NCBI RefSeq assembly: GCF_964355755.1
Contig: NC_092679.1
Location: 14,863,432 to 14,927,431, forward strand
Reading direction: 5' to 3'
From: Antedon mediterranea
Taxonomy: Eukaryota > Animalia > Echinodermata
Length of the DNA: 64,000 nt
Part shown: positions 1 through 13,000 of the stretch, one piece after another
Layout of the letters: each line of letters opens with the position of its first letter
Position numbering within the stretch: position 1 is the first letter of the stretch
Program-made: the position numbers and the translations under genes
The notes under the pieces: model-generated
Databases searched by the model: none
Seen by the model: the letters and a program-made list of their open reading frames with translations, nothing else
What the model was told of the DNA's origin: nothing

Positions 1-159
1 ATTGTTTAAAAAGAAAAGTGATGATACTAATTTAAGTCTGTCAAAAAAGATATCAAAAAGTAGTTTAATATTAGTAATACCGTAATTAATTTTAGTTTAG
101 TTCAATAGGGGAAGGGCATAAATTATTTAAGAATTTTCTGATGTTTTACCAAGTTCATA

Positions 160-508
160 CTTGTATTGTCCCCCTGAAAAATAATTTTTTTAAATTTTTG
201 TTGTTGAATATGCCATTTTAATGTCACATAATAGTTATTGACTTCGACCAAAAATTGGATCGAAAAAAAATTTATTTACCTGAAAAAACTGGAATTTAAA
301 GCATAAAATGGTCAAATTGGCTGCCAGCCAATGGATTTTTGAATGAATTTAACCATTTATCATGTTATTTTATAAGTGAAACATTATTTGTTTCCGTTTT
401 TTTTTCTACGGAAGTGATTCACTTTATTGAAACTACAAAATAACCTATTCAAAGTTTGATTTAATTAATCTTCATTTTTCATGTTTTTGGGGGACAATAC
501 ATCTTTAA
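160..508. mobile_element. Kolobok-like non-autonomous DNA transposon (MITE)
   Basis: Ends ...tgtattgtcccc / gggggacaatacatct-TTAA, i.e. TTAA-AG...CT-TTAA geometry. Related ends occur at ~41690-41727 and ~62183-62225. Confidence 0.55.
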
Positions 509-1370
509 TTATATATAATCTATTAATTCAATTCAAACAACTTTTTGAATTCAGAATATAAATTAATTTGGACATGGCAAATTCAAATAAAAAATTCAAA
601 TTAAAACACTAAAAGTTATTTAAAAGTAAGACATTCAAAGACCAAACAGTCAAACTTAATCAAGACAAATTACTAAAGCTGTTTTTATCAATATGACAAG
701 AGTTTAAAAAGGGTTTAAAAACGAGAACACAAAGTTTACCTTCACGTCAAGGCAAACAAGAATCAATACACATCATGTATTATAGAGATTAAAGTTATTG
801 ATCTGAAGGAGGTAATCTATAGGGCCAAGCCTGAGGGTAACAAGAGCAATTAATGAACTTGGCTACATGTCAGTACAGGCAAATAGCTCAGCATGGGGTC
901 GTTCTGAGTATATTAAAAACTCTTTAATTGTTGTGAGTGTTGCTATGAGTACTACTTCCTCCATGATGTTGCTAGTGATAGGTCAAGATTGTAACTTATT
1001 TAAATGGACAATTGTATCTGTATCTGTCAATCACATTATATATAATGACAAAACAACATATTTGCTGATTTTTTCTTTTTGTAAAAACTTTAAATTTCCC
1101 CACAAACTGAATGAAGATTAATAAAATAAATGGGCCATTTGCTGTTTTAATGAAGTTATTTTCTTCCGTAAAAAAAAAACGAGTTCACTTCACACGAAAT
1201 AAACTGTTAAATTTAACCAAAAACCCATTAACTTTAAATTGTAGTATTTTCAGGTAAACACTTTTTTCTCTCAATCCAATATTTAGTCAAAGTGAATATA
1301 TGAACTGTTATGAGACATTAAAATGAGTAGAGGCTATATATGGTTTGACCTTGAAAAAATTCTAATAAAA

Positions 1371-2193
1371 TATGGAACGCCGTTTACGCAACATTTCGAT
1401 GATATGAATTTTATGACGCGATATGTGAATGAAATGCATCGATATGAATTAAATGGTGCGATATATGAATGAAATGTTTTGAATTGAATGCTTTGAATTG
1501 AATATTTTGAATGAAATGTTTTGAATGAAATGTTTTGAATGAAATGTTTTGAATGAAATGTTTTGAATGAAATGTTTTAAATGAAATGTTTTGAATGAAA
1601 TGTTTTGAATGAAATGTTTGAATTGAATTGAAAAGTCAAACTATTGGTGGCGTATGTCATTCTCGCTCGCGATTATTTTCTCAACCTCTTAGGCCTAAGC
1701 CTGGGTACCCTCATCTCCTTTCTTCCACGCTGCCTTTACAGAGAATCCTAACAGATCTGGGTTCGGAAATATGTATTCCAATGTTTCAGGTCTGTTAGGG
1801 AGTCTCTGTAAAGGATTCATATTGATGACAGCGTTGAAAGGAGATGAGGGTACCCATGCTTAGGCGCGCCTATTAAGAGGTTGAAAAAAAATCTCGAGCG
1901 GGAATGACATACGCCGCCAATAGTTTGACTTTTCAATTCAATTCAAACATTTCATTCAAAACATTTCATTCAAAACATTTCATTCAAAACATTTCATTCA
2001 AAACATTTTATTCAAAACATTTCATTCAAAACATTTCAATCAAAACATTTCATTCAAAAAATTCAATTCAAAGCATTCAATTCAAAACATTTCATTCATA
2101 TATCACGCCATTCAATTCATATCGATGCATTTCATTCACATATCGCGTCATAAAATTCATATCATCGAAATGTTGCGTAAACGGCGTTCCATA
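1371..2193. mobile_element. foldback MITE, IS3EU-like ends
   Basis: Near-complete palindrome TATGGAACGCCG...CGGCGTTCCATA with a 6-bp TSD (ATAAAA). The empty site is preserved in the opposite TIR at ~7340-7360. Both arms contain 14-bp GAATGAAATGTTTT arrays. Confidence 0.8.
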
Positions 2194-3606
2194 ATAAAAG
2201 GTCTTTTGGTATTTTCTTGTAGCTTTAGGTGTCAATAATTACCAAAAAAATTTTGCAGCCTTCTAGTTGCTGCGTTAGTGAGATATTGAGGGTCAGAGGT
2301 CAGTGACCTTTTTGTGGCATTTGATGGCTCATAACTCCTCAACTCCTGGGTTTAAAAAGACAAATGTGGTTTCTAGATCTATGTTTTAGTGGTCAAACAA
2401 CAAAATAAAGTTTTTGCAAATTTCGGGTTACTTGTGCCATTGGTCAGATAGTCGGGTCAAAGGTCATTGACCTTTATTCATTAATAACTACTGCTAGTCT
2501 AGGACCTGAGTAAGATTTGTATGCATTCAATTTAGGAGAGAATATCTCAACTGTTATAAGATAATTTGACCCCAAGGAACAATATAGGATATGTGTCAAA
2601 TTCGTTATCTGGGGCGAAAATGCCCAAAATTGGGGTCAAGGGTTAGAAATGTGTGGTTCAAATATCTCGACAACCACTTGTCATACAGATTTGCTTTTGG
2701 TGTCAAATTGTTCAGAATATACATATTTATATTCGGTCTAACACAACTTTTACCCAAAAAAATGACCGGAAATGCTTTTACTGACCTTTGACCAAAAAAC
2801 ACATTTTCGGGTTAAATTATTATTTAAAATGTCAATGGACACACTGTATGGTATCAAATGAAAGCATATACAATATGCTACCCATTGCTACCCAACTTGT
2901 ATTGAACATTTTTGAATTAGGAATCTAATCTTATGGAAAATGTGCCTAATTTGATTACTTTTATACAAAAAATGAATATTTAGTAGCGTAATTGTTGTGC
3001 TTATTTATATAATGTTAAATAATTTTAAATAAGTGTTTGGAAGAACTATTTGGTATCAAATAAAAGCCCATACAATATTCTATCCATTGCTATCCAACTT
3101 GTAATACAAATCTGTAATTATGATGCTACTTTGGTGAAAAATGTGCATATTTTATTGCTTTTTGACAAAAATGGGTATACATTACCAGATAATTTATTTT
3201 GGTTTATTTATGATATTAAATAATTCAAATGTTTGAAAAGACATATTTGGTATAGGGGTGTTTTCCAATCGTGGTATACACTGTCCAATGCATGTCTATC
3301 TTGAAAAATACACGCATACAATAATACGAGGATGCTTCGCATTTTCCTATCTCCTCCTACGATAATTATTTTTAATGGATGAAAACCGGTTGAACAGCTC
3401 GAGTACAGCATCATAATGTTGAAGACAGACCTATTTTCTTAAAAACATACTATTTTGATAGATTTAATATACATTTATACAAATGTATTGATTTCCGATG
3501 AATGGAACATTCCAATAATAACTCTTTGCTTTAACACAAGTACCACCAGCTGTAGGTAAATTTATTGGCCCTTGGGGAATTAACCTAAAACGTATATATA
3601 GATATA

Positions 3607-4517
3607 CGCCCGTATTCTTAAACCGGACTTTAGTCGTAGTTCAAGCTAAAACTAAAAAAATGACGTCATTTGAATTCATAAACCGAACTTCAACTAAATC
3701 ACCGACTAAATCAGGCCAACCTCGACTAAATCGAGACGGATTTTGATCGATTTTTTTTAGTCCTGGAGGGGGCAGACTAAATGGTCGACTAAATGTTTTT
3801 TAAACGATGTTTATAAAAAACGTAACAGTCATTGAGTTGTTATATTGGCCAGATATTGAAGAATGAAATATCTATATTTATATTAGCTTAATTAAATATA
3901 CATTGGTATAAATTATAATAATGAAAATCATCTTTATTTACAACTGTATACAAATTACATTATTTTCTTCGCGCAAGTCCGACTTGAGCTACGTCACGCC
4001 ATAGCGACAATGGGAGATGCGGCAATTCACCACGCGATGGAATGTTTAGGGGGCCTAGCGCTTTCTTGTCACGCTATGAAGTGCGTGGTTCGTGGCGATC
4101 ATACTTTGTTGGAGGCCTAGAAAATATAAAAGTTACCGTACCGCCATGGTTCCTAAATATATTTTGAAGATTTTATTTGTTGTTAATCAAATATACTTCA
4201 CTGTTAAATTAATACTGATATTGTTCTAATAATTAACGATTAAAATTATTTTTCATGTATATAGTCCTGATGCGTAAAAAGTGTTGTAAGAAGTGAAAAG
4301 TGATATCAATGCGCAAAATTTCGTCTGCTCCTCAAATACTCTCTTGTCATTGGCCAATGTAACGTGTGCAACTCGACTAAAAGCTCGACTTCATTAAGTC
4401 GAACTGCAAACTTCGACTACTTCGTTTTTGAATCGAATTTGAAGTAATAGCTCGAACTACGACTTTTCCAAGTCGAACTTCGAACTACGACTAAAGTCCG
4501 GTTTAAGAATACGGGCG
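3607..4517. mobile_element. MITE with ~36-bp perfect TIRs, TA-flanked
   Basis: CGCCCGTATTCTTAAACCGGACTTTAGTCGTAGTTC and its exact inverse. Repeated subterminal CGACTAAA/TCGAACT motifs. Confidence 0.8.
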
Positions 4518-4624
4518 TAAGTATTGCAATAAATACGTATTAACATTTGTGGTCGCCATTGAATTTACTGTGAGTGTGGGTACTGTTAGATGTATAACAC
4601 AATCATGTACAAATAAACGTATTA

Positions 4625-5104
4625 CTGTGAGTGTAGGCCCTACTGTTATATAGAACGTACAATATACAAATAAACTGTAGTACTGACAGTTGCTTCTCAA
4701 CGTTTGTATTAATTAATAATTACAAAGAATATAAACGTTGTAGTGGTACGTGTATCGTTACATGTACTATCGTATTCTATTTCAATCGACTATGACAGTG
4801 ACAGTTTTAACAATAAAGTATTAAGTCGCAAATGTGTTACTGTATCAAGTGGTATATTATTTATAGGCCTGTGAGTAGGCCCTACTGTTATACAAAACGT
4901 ACAATATACAAATAAACTGTACTACTGACAGTTGCTTCTCAATGTTTGTATTAATTAATAATTACAAAGAATATAAACGTTGTAGTGGTACGTGTATCGT
5001 TACATGTACATGCTATTTCAATGGACTATAACAGTGACAGTTTTAACAAAGTATTAAAATCGCAAATGTGTTACTGTATCAAGTGGTATATTATTTATAG
5101 GCCT
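4625..5104. repeat. ~240-bp tandem duplication (2 copies plus a partial)
   Basis: ctgtgagt..aggccctactgttata...ggtatattatttataggcct repeated at 4625 and 4869. Confidence 0.85.
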
Positions 5105-5519
5105 ATTAAACATGAAAAACATATTTTGTTACTGAGTAGATAAAGAATATATTAAAACATTGTTCTTCTTTGTACCCATATCCTCTTCCCCATCCCTCAA
5201 CCCTAATGTTACACACAAAACACAAATTGGGTTTGTTTAAATGAGTCCAAATAACAAATTTGGACTCATTTTGTGACAAGGTTCTCTTTCGGAAGTAATT
5301 CCCAGTGTGCTAATTTCAGTTTAATACATAAATCATCGTGTCTATTTAATTCGTTTCTGTAAACAATAATAACTATTATCATCCTGCAGTACGTACATTA
5401 AAAAAAAAGCATTTTTTTACGCTGAAATTACTGTGTATTCGAGAACCATCTAGTTTTATTAAATTTAGACAAAAATGAGTATAAATTAATGTAAGTTTAT
5501 TTTGGGTGAAATAATTCTA

Positions 5520-6590
5520 GCGTTGTAATGAAATATTTGGTATAAAAAAGAAAAGAATTAGTTGTAGTTTATTAAGTTCTTTATTTGGTAGACCAAACAA
5601 AATGGCATTGCAGTAGTCTAACCGTGATGTTATTAGTTTATGGACAAGTTTAATAAGCGAGGAGTGGGTTAAGGATTTGCGAATTGATCTTATGTTACGA
5701 AGGTGGTAGGTATTAGATTTACTAATGTTCTTGATATGTCTGGACATAATCATTGCTGAGTCAAATACAACTCCGATATATCTAACCTCCAACGATGATG
5801 TGATTGATGTTTCTAGCAATGGCCAATTTCTTGAAGTGTTTTGAATGAATAAATAAGATTTCTGTTTTACCAGGGTTAAAAAGAGCATGTTTTTAGTTAG
5901 CCAATCCTGAACATCAACAACACAAGCTTCGATAACCGACTTCGCCTCATTAAACTCTGCTGAATTAAAGCTGATGTATCATCTGCGTACACATGATATT
6001 GGACACAATGTCTTTTAATGATATCACTCATGGGCGAGGTGTAAACTAAAAACAATACTGGACCCAGTATTGATCCTTGAGGAACACCGCATTTCAGGTC
6101 GATAGAGGTGGATTTGACATTACCAATCTGGACCTGCTGCTTCCCAGAAGACAAATATGACTTGAACTAATTTAGAGCAGATCCACGGATACCAATAGAC
6201 GAGAGTCTTGCAATAATAATGGAATAGTCCATGGTATCAGAAGCTGCCGACAGGTCGAGGTACACAGAAAAAAGACAATTACCTTTATCCAGAGCTAAAA
6301 TAATATCTTTATGCACCTTGAGAATGGCTGACTCTGTACTGTGGCGCTTTCTATATGCTGATTGAAGAGGGTCGAACAGATTATTGTCGTCAAGAAAATG
6401 TTTGAGATCTAAAGCAACGCATTTCTCAAGGATCTTGGATAAGAAAGCGACATTAGAAATAGATCGAAAATTTGCCATGCAAGTATGTGAAGGCGTCTTT
6501 AAAATAAGTGTAACTAGACCCAACTTCAAATCATCAGGAAAGGTCGTACCAGTTGATAAAGATAAATTAATAATAATTCTAAATACTGAA
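5520..6590 (-). pseudogene. L2-clade LINE reverse transcriptase relic
   Basis: FLSKILEK, QSAYRKRHSTE, DLSAASDT, GVPQGSILGP, YADDT and SRLDYCN, with a stop and frameshifts. Confidence 0.88.
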
Positions 6591-8017
6591 GTCAATTATG
6601 CACATTTTCCATAAAGTTATATTCCTAATTAAAAATGTTTAATACAAGTTGGGTAGCAATGGGTATATGCTTTCATTTTATACCATACAGTGTGTCCATT
6701 GACATTTTATGGAATAATTTAACCCGAAAATGTGTTTTTTTGGTCATTTTTTGGTCAAAGGTCAGTAAAAGCATTTCCGGTCATTTTTTGGGGTAAAAGT
6801 TGTGTTAGACTGATTATAAATATGTATATTCTGAACAATTTGACACCAAAAGCAAATCTGTATGACAAGTGGTTGTCGAGATATAAGAACCACACATTTC
6901 TAACCTTTGACCCCGATTTTGGGCATGTTCGCCCCAGATAACGAATTTGGCACATATCCCATGTTGTTCCTTGGGGTCTAATTATCCTATAACAGTTGAG
7001 ATATTCTCTCCTAAATAAAATGCATACAAATCTTACCAAGGTCCTAGACTAGCAGTAGTTATTAATGAATAAAGGTCAATGACCTTTGACCCGACTATCT
7101 GACCAATGGCACAAGTAACCCGAAATTTGCAAAAACTTTATTTTGTTGTATGACCACTAAAACATAGATGTAGGCACAACATTTGTCTTTTTAAACCCAG
7201 GAGTTGAGGAGTTATGAGCCATCAAATGCCACAAAAAGGTCACTGACATTTGACCCTCAATATCTCACTAACGCAGCAACTAGAAGGCTGCAAAAATTTT
7301 TTGGTATTTATTCACACCTAAAGCTACAAGAAAATACCAAAAGACCTTTTATTAGAATTTTTTCAAGGTTACATAGGATAAATGTCACATATAGCCTGTA
7401 CTAATAATTTAACCAAATTATTTTTGAGGGGAACAATATACCTTTAAGGGAAATAATTTACAATAATTTAGATACAATTACAGGAATTATTTTATGGAAT
7501 ATGTCAAAATGGTTTCTTAAAACTTTGGCTTGGAATGTATTATGTTTTGGTTTTATAATTCAGACAATTAGTAAATATCAAACATGCTACTGTTGTTGAG
7601 AATATAAATCAAAATTACTGAAAAAATTGCAGATTCTCCGATCTCAAAGGAGATACAAAATAAAATAAGCAAAAAGCTAAATCAAAATGATAAATTAAAA
7701 CATCCAGAATATATATACAGTACTGTATACTGAATGTAAACATTCATAGCCATCTTGTTTAATTGGATGGCCAAAGCACATATTGATTGGCATTCTTTTA
7801 AATCTGGGGTAAACATAACGTTATTCCTGATATTCCATTATAAATGATAATCAATGTTCTTTTTAATTATAAACTTGTACTTGTTGAAAAGTTTATAATG
7901 CAAAATGTGTGATTAGACGGTTGATTTAGAAATAAATTAAATGACAGCCTTGGTGATTGTAGTAGATGTTTAAAATCCTTGAAACAATCATTTTCTATTG
8001 CCTATTTCAATGTATGT

Positions 8018-9536
8018 TGAAGCAGTTATATCCATCACCGAGTCTTGGCTAGATGAGACTGTTCCTGATAATGAAGTAAACATAGATAGATATACCTTAG
8101 TTCGCAATGATAGATCTTCTCGTAGAGGAGGTGGAGTATGTATGTATGTGCGTACGGACAAAGCGTTTACCAAGAGAGAAGATTTAATGGACAATAATGT
8201 TGAATCAGTATGGATTGAACTCAACCTCCCGGATACAAAACCAATCGTTGTTGGAACCTATTACCGTCCTCCTGAACAGAATGTCAACAATTTTCTAAAC
8301 TTTTTCGAAGACACTGTAAATAAAATTAACAACCTTGAAACCATCATAAATGGTGATTTTAACATAAATACTAACAGAGATTGTACTCAATCTACGAATT
8401 ATAAAAATGTTCTCGAATTACTAGGATTCTCTAACTTGATAAGTGAAGACACTCGTAAAGCTCTTGATTCATGTAGAGTATGGCTTGTCGATAACAAACT
8501 ATCTATCAATATCAGTAAAACTGAATCTATCATATTTTGTACCCAAAAACGACTTCAACGTTTACGATCTTTCAATATTATTTCTCATGGCCTTACTTTA
8601 ACGGGTTCTAAGTCAGTAAAATATTTAGGTATAGAACTTGATAGTTCTGCCTCTTGTAACAACATCGCCAAAAGTGTTATAAAAAAGGCGAATAGTAGAT
8701 TAAGGTATTTATATGGTCAGGCTAGTTGCTTGGACAAAAACACAAAAAAACTGTTATGCCCTGCCTTAATTCAATGCTTGTTTGATTACTGTGCTTCGAC
8801 TTGGTATGAAGGTATTGACAAAGTTTTGAAGCAAAAACTACAGACCACTCAGAACAAATTTGTGCGTTTTATTTACGGTTTCGGACCACGATCTCATATT
8901 GGTCAGAAGGAGTTATCAGACATTGGCATGCTTAAGGTGGAAAGTAGAGTAAAATTTCTCAGGCTTTGTAATGTTCATAAAATTGTCAATAACAATGCAG
9001 CTCCATATCTATCTGAACATTTCTCACGGACATCCACAATCCACACACATAACACACGCCAACGTAATGTTAATCTGGTTTTACCTCTACTTAAAGGAAA
9101 TAAACAGTCTCATTCTATTTTTTTCTTCTCTGCTATCAAAGACTGGAACGCTCTTCCATCAAACTTAAAATTAATTTCCAACTTAACTACCTTCAAATCT
9201 CATATTAAAAAACATTTTGAACGCAATATTTTATATTTAGAATAATTTTGATAACTATAATGGTCTTGATTACGTGCAATTTTTCTCATTTCTTGTTTGC
9301 TTTCTCTTTTAATTTTTCTGTTTTACTGGGCTTTATTTTAATGTATATTTATATATTTATAGTTTTATTAATGTTGTATTTTCTCTTGTTTGTTATGTGC
9401 AATTTGGACCCCATTGGAAATGGGCTGGTTTTTCCGGCCTAATGGGTGTTCCTGATGCTCGTTATTTTGTCTTTTGTCTGTTTGTTATTTTAATGTTGAG
9501 CATCAAATAAATTCAATCAATCAATCAATCAATCAA
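8018..9536 (+). mobile_element. Crack/L2-group LINE, 5'-truncated and internally deleted
   Basis: APE motifs (ITESWL, RGGGVCMYV, YRPP, GDFN) fused to the post-RT C-terminus (WLVDNKLSIN, KYLG, DYC, LQTTQNK, WNALP). The 3' UTR ends with AATAAA and a (TCAA)n tail. Confidence 0.88.
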
Positions 9537-9682
9537 GTGGCCGAGCGTTTAAACAGAGGCATCAAAAACCATAGCCATAATATCAACACAGGTTCAAGAT
9601 AATCCTTGGCTTGGTGGTTGTGATGCTTGGCTACCACTCCAAGGGTCCTGGGTTCAAGCCCAATCACATGTCAGGATTTTTT
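9537..9682 (+). mobile_element. tRNA-derived SINE head relics
   Basis: A-box-like gtggccgagcg and B-box-like gggttcaagccc. A similar head occurs at ~27594. Confidence 0.45.
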
Positions 9683-9796
9683 CGAAGGATAAAATTACAA
9701 CTTCAAAAATGTTTTTGTTCATTCGTATATTATTTAAACACCTATTTTTACTAGGCTCTAAACATATATTTTTAAAATTAATATAGTATTACTGAC

Positions 9797-10093
9797 CTTT
9801 GACATTTCAAGCTTGGAAGCAGTGGACATAATCTGTTCCTTTTCCAACATATCCAGCTCTTTGCTTGTCTTCTCCAGTAGGTCTCCAACAAGACTTCGTA
9901 CTTTAAGGTAACTCTCCAGCAGCTTCAAGTCATTCTTTCGTTGCTTGATCAGGTCTTTGGTAGAATCCACCAAACTCTTCAGATCTTCCTGCAGTTGGTC
10001 AAGGTCTTTATTTGGAACACTACTCAGTCTTTGATACTTGTTGACCAAGGTTTGAATTTCTGGATTTTTACCTTTTATTAATCCAAGTAATTC
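9797..10093 (-). CDS. SYNE1: nesprin E66 (last exon found in window)
   Basis: 297 nt, helical, ends at a donor (gtcagt) with no stop. Confidence 0.82.
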
Positions 10094-13000
10094 CTAAAAT
10101 AAAACAAATTTAAACGTGAAATGAAAATTATGTATAAATGCAACAGCAAAAATAATTCTTATAAAGTGGAGCGCCATGTCTCTATAAAAAGATATAAAAC
10201 AACTGTTAGTATTCAGTATCAACAACAAAACATATCCATATATAAATCATATGCGCAGTCTGATTGCTTTGTTGAAAACAATTTAATTTCGTTAAAATCA
10301 GACTACGGAAAGTTCCATTTCTTACAACCGTAGTTGTAGTCCGATTCCTACATTCGAAAATGTAGGGAGTTACCTTGGTTTCTGGACAGTTATGGTTCTT
10401 CTCACCTGGAGTTTAAAAGTACACATGTGAAATATAAAGAACACAACTTTTTGAAGAGTAGGTAGGGGGTTACCTCCAGCTTATTTTTTAGTACATGTTT
10501 TTTTCTGTGTATTCAATTTAACTATGCGAGAGAATACAATTATCAGCAACAGTGTACCTTGGGGTTGCAGACATACGAATGAGTGTCGTTTGGTGGCAAC
10601 TGTATGACATGAAAGGACCCTTAATATAAAAGAGAAGTTGTTGTATGCTTCAGCAAAGTCTGTTGTGAGTCACAAGTTATTCCTCAACATTTACAATGAC
10701 TCCAACTCAGAGTTGCATTAACACTTGTTATCATGGTATAATTTTTTGAGTGGGGAATCAATGTCGTGACATGCAACACACGTTTCTGAGCCCACAATTA
10801 ATAGTACTAGTATCCCTACCTGTAACTGCTGAATAGCTTGACGAGCTTTCGATTTTTGCAGTTCAAGTGGTGTTTTTTTCTCTTCTTCAATCTTAGCAGC
10901 CATCTCAGTGACCCATGCCTGAAGGTCACTCAGTGTCTTCTCCAATTGTTGCCAACGTCCAATGTGATTGTTCATTTCATTTAATCGAAAATCAACCTAA
11001 AGTGACGATTACAACATTATAAAATTAATCTGGACACTAATATCTACTAATAATAATACAATACAACTAATATAATATTGTTTAAAGGTTTTCATAAACA
11101 CAAAAAATGTCGGTTCTGTAATTTATAAATACTTTACATTTACCGTTTCAATTAAAACATTCAGTTGCTGTTCCACATGACCCGCTCTTGATTTTGTGAA
11201 AGAATCATCACCAGATGCTTCAACTCTGTCCTCTGCAGCAGACAGCAATTGTTGGTGAGACACGGCATTGTCCAAAATTTCCTACGACGAATGGTTCACA
11301 TTATTACTATTTTTATAGCCTAACTATATACAGTACGCTTATATGGTTGTATCAATTAGGCTGTGTTAATATTAAGGTAGGTAGAGGTATTATGCCAAGA
11401 AATTGGAATTAAGTGAATTTAAGTAATTAGGGAAAACAGTAAAAACAAAGAAACTATTAAGCTACAAGTAAATTTTCCTCTTTAAAGTATTTGTTTAAAA
11501 TATTAAATTTAACTAATTATTATCTCCTAAATAATACATAATATTAAATAATGAAGCATTATTTTTAGAAAAAAATTCATAGAGCTTGTTTATCTAATAA
11601 CAATTTTTTTTTATTGTACTGTATATATATGTTGTAAAATTAATGAGAAATACTATACTTATTTCACTATAAACTAGGTGTAATGTTTAGCATACAATAC
11701 ATACTATATTAGCAGAGGTGAATGATGAATGTAAAAATGAATGTACTATGACAAAGTTCAAACTGTACTTAATCTTTGAAACGAGCTAGAAATAAGTTTT
11801 TCTTTTCTTCTTTCTTTACTACAGAAGTTATTCAAATGTTTAAAATAATAATTAATTCATACTTCCAAATGTAAATCACTGAAAACTGTATCAGTGGCTG
11901 GATTTCAATGAAGATACAAAATAAAGTAAGCAAAAAGCTACATAAAAATGGTAAAGTAAAACAGCCATGAAGTGTCAAGAATTCTGAAAACACTATTCTT
12001 CCACCAGGGCTAATAATTAATCATTTTATACAAATATTTTAAGTGATTAATTACAGAAAAGAAATATGCATGCACTAAAACAATCTACAAGCACACAAAG
12101 TGAAAATATGATTAGTAATTGTTAGTTGTAATAATATTAGGCTAACGGCACAGCAGATTCCTTTTTACCTGCACCGCTAAAAGCTGATCTTGAGCATCAT
12201 CAAGACCTTGAGCCGTGATTGGCTGACTGAGTGAATCCTTATCAACAGTCTGCATCCAATCAGAGCACTTATTAACTGCTTCTTCAAATGCCTGTTGCTT
12301 ATGCATAGAATCTTGCAACTGTACTTGCATCTCTTGAGCATTTCTGCTCACAGCGTTCAATGCTTCATCTAGCTTAGATAGCTGCTCATCGATCAGTTCT
12401 TTAAGCTCTGGTGTTTCATTGGATGATGATGCTATGTTGTTTGCTTTGGTCTGTAGCCCTTCAAGTTGGGCTGCACAGGTTGCTAGTTCGCGAAGAGTGC
12501 CCTAACATAAAAGTATACACACATGCAAAACTAAATAATAATAGATTAATAAACGATATGCAAGCAAGTAACAAAATGCAGAATTTACACAAAAGCAAAC
12601 ACAAAATAACATTAATAAGGATAAAAATAGGCTTAAGAAAACTTAAGGGGTCATTCAAAAGTATAATAAAAACAGAGAAGTTCCAAGCAAAGTTAGAATA
12701 TAAAAAAGTAGTACCTAAACAAACATACTACAAACATTTTCAACACAAGTAGTACATCATATTTTATTTATGAGTTATATTGGTAGGGAGTGGAGTGTGG
12801 TAGTGTTAAAAAAACTAGCCATATATATCCTGCTATATTCTCAGATTCGCTTAGAAAAATAAATCATCTCTTATAAATGATAATTGAGTCAATAAATTTG
12901 CTATATTCCATTTTCAAAATAACTGAACTGTACAGTATTATAATATTGATATTCTTCTTTGATTTGCAATTGTATATTTGAATCGAGACTACAACTAAGC

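Larger units (their letters stand above)
1326..7402. mobile_element. 6.1-kb non-autonomous element with ~800-bp terminal inverted repeats (AGT...ACT ends)
   Basis: 1326-1370 + 2194-2955 is a high-identity reverse complement of 6590-7402. No transposase ORF and no TSD were seen. Confidence 0.7.
1089..7446. mobile_element. second, inverted copy of the Kolobok-like MITE (1089-1325 + 7403-7446), split by a 6.1-kb insertion
   Basis: 1130-1325 is a degenerate reverse complement of ~214-420. The missing terminus (gaggggaacaatatacct-TTAA) resumes at 7403-7446. Confidence 0.55.

Noticed and set aside
720-1040. Possible degraded LINE endonuclease on the minus strand (YRLPP-like motif)
   Set aside because: Too decayed to support by eye.
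1904-2194. 96-aa ORF with ISFKTFHSKHFIQN repeats
   Set aside because: It is the 14-bp array in the foldback arm.
2591-7039. Near-identical small ORFs at 2591-2802 and 6732-7039 on opposite strands
   Set aside because: They reflect the inverted TIRs and have no protein-like features.
9537-9682. Functional tRNA genes (also ~24168 and ~27594)
   Set aside because: Only degenerate A/B boxes with no complete cloverleaf, so treated as SINE relics.
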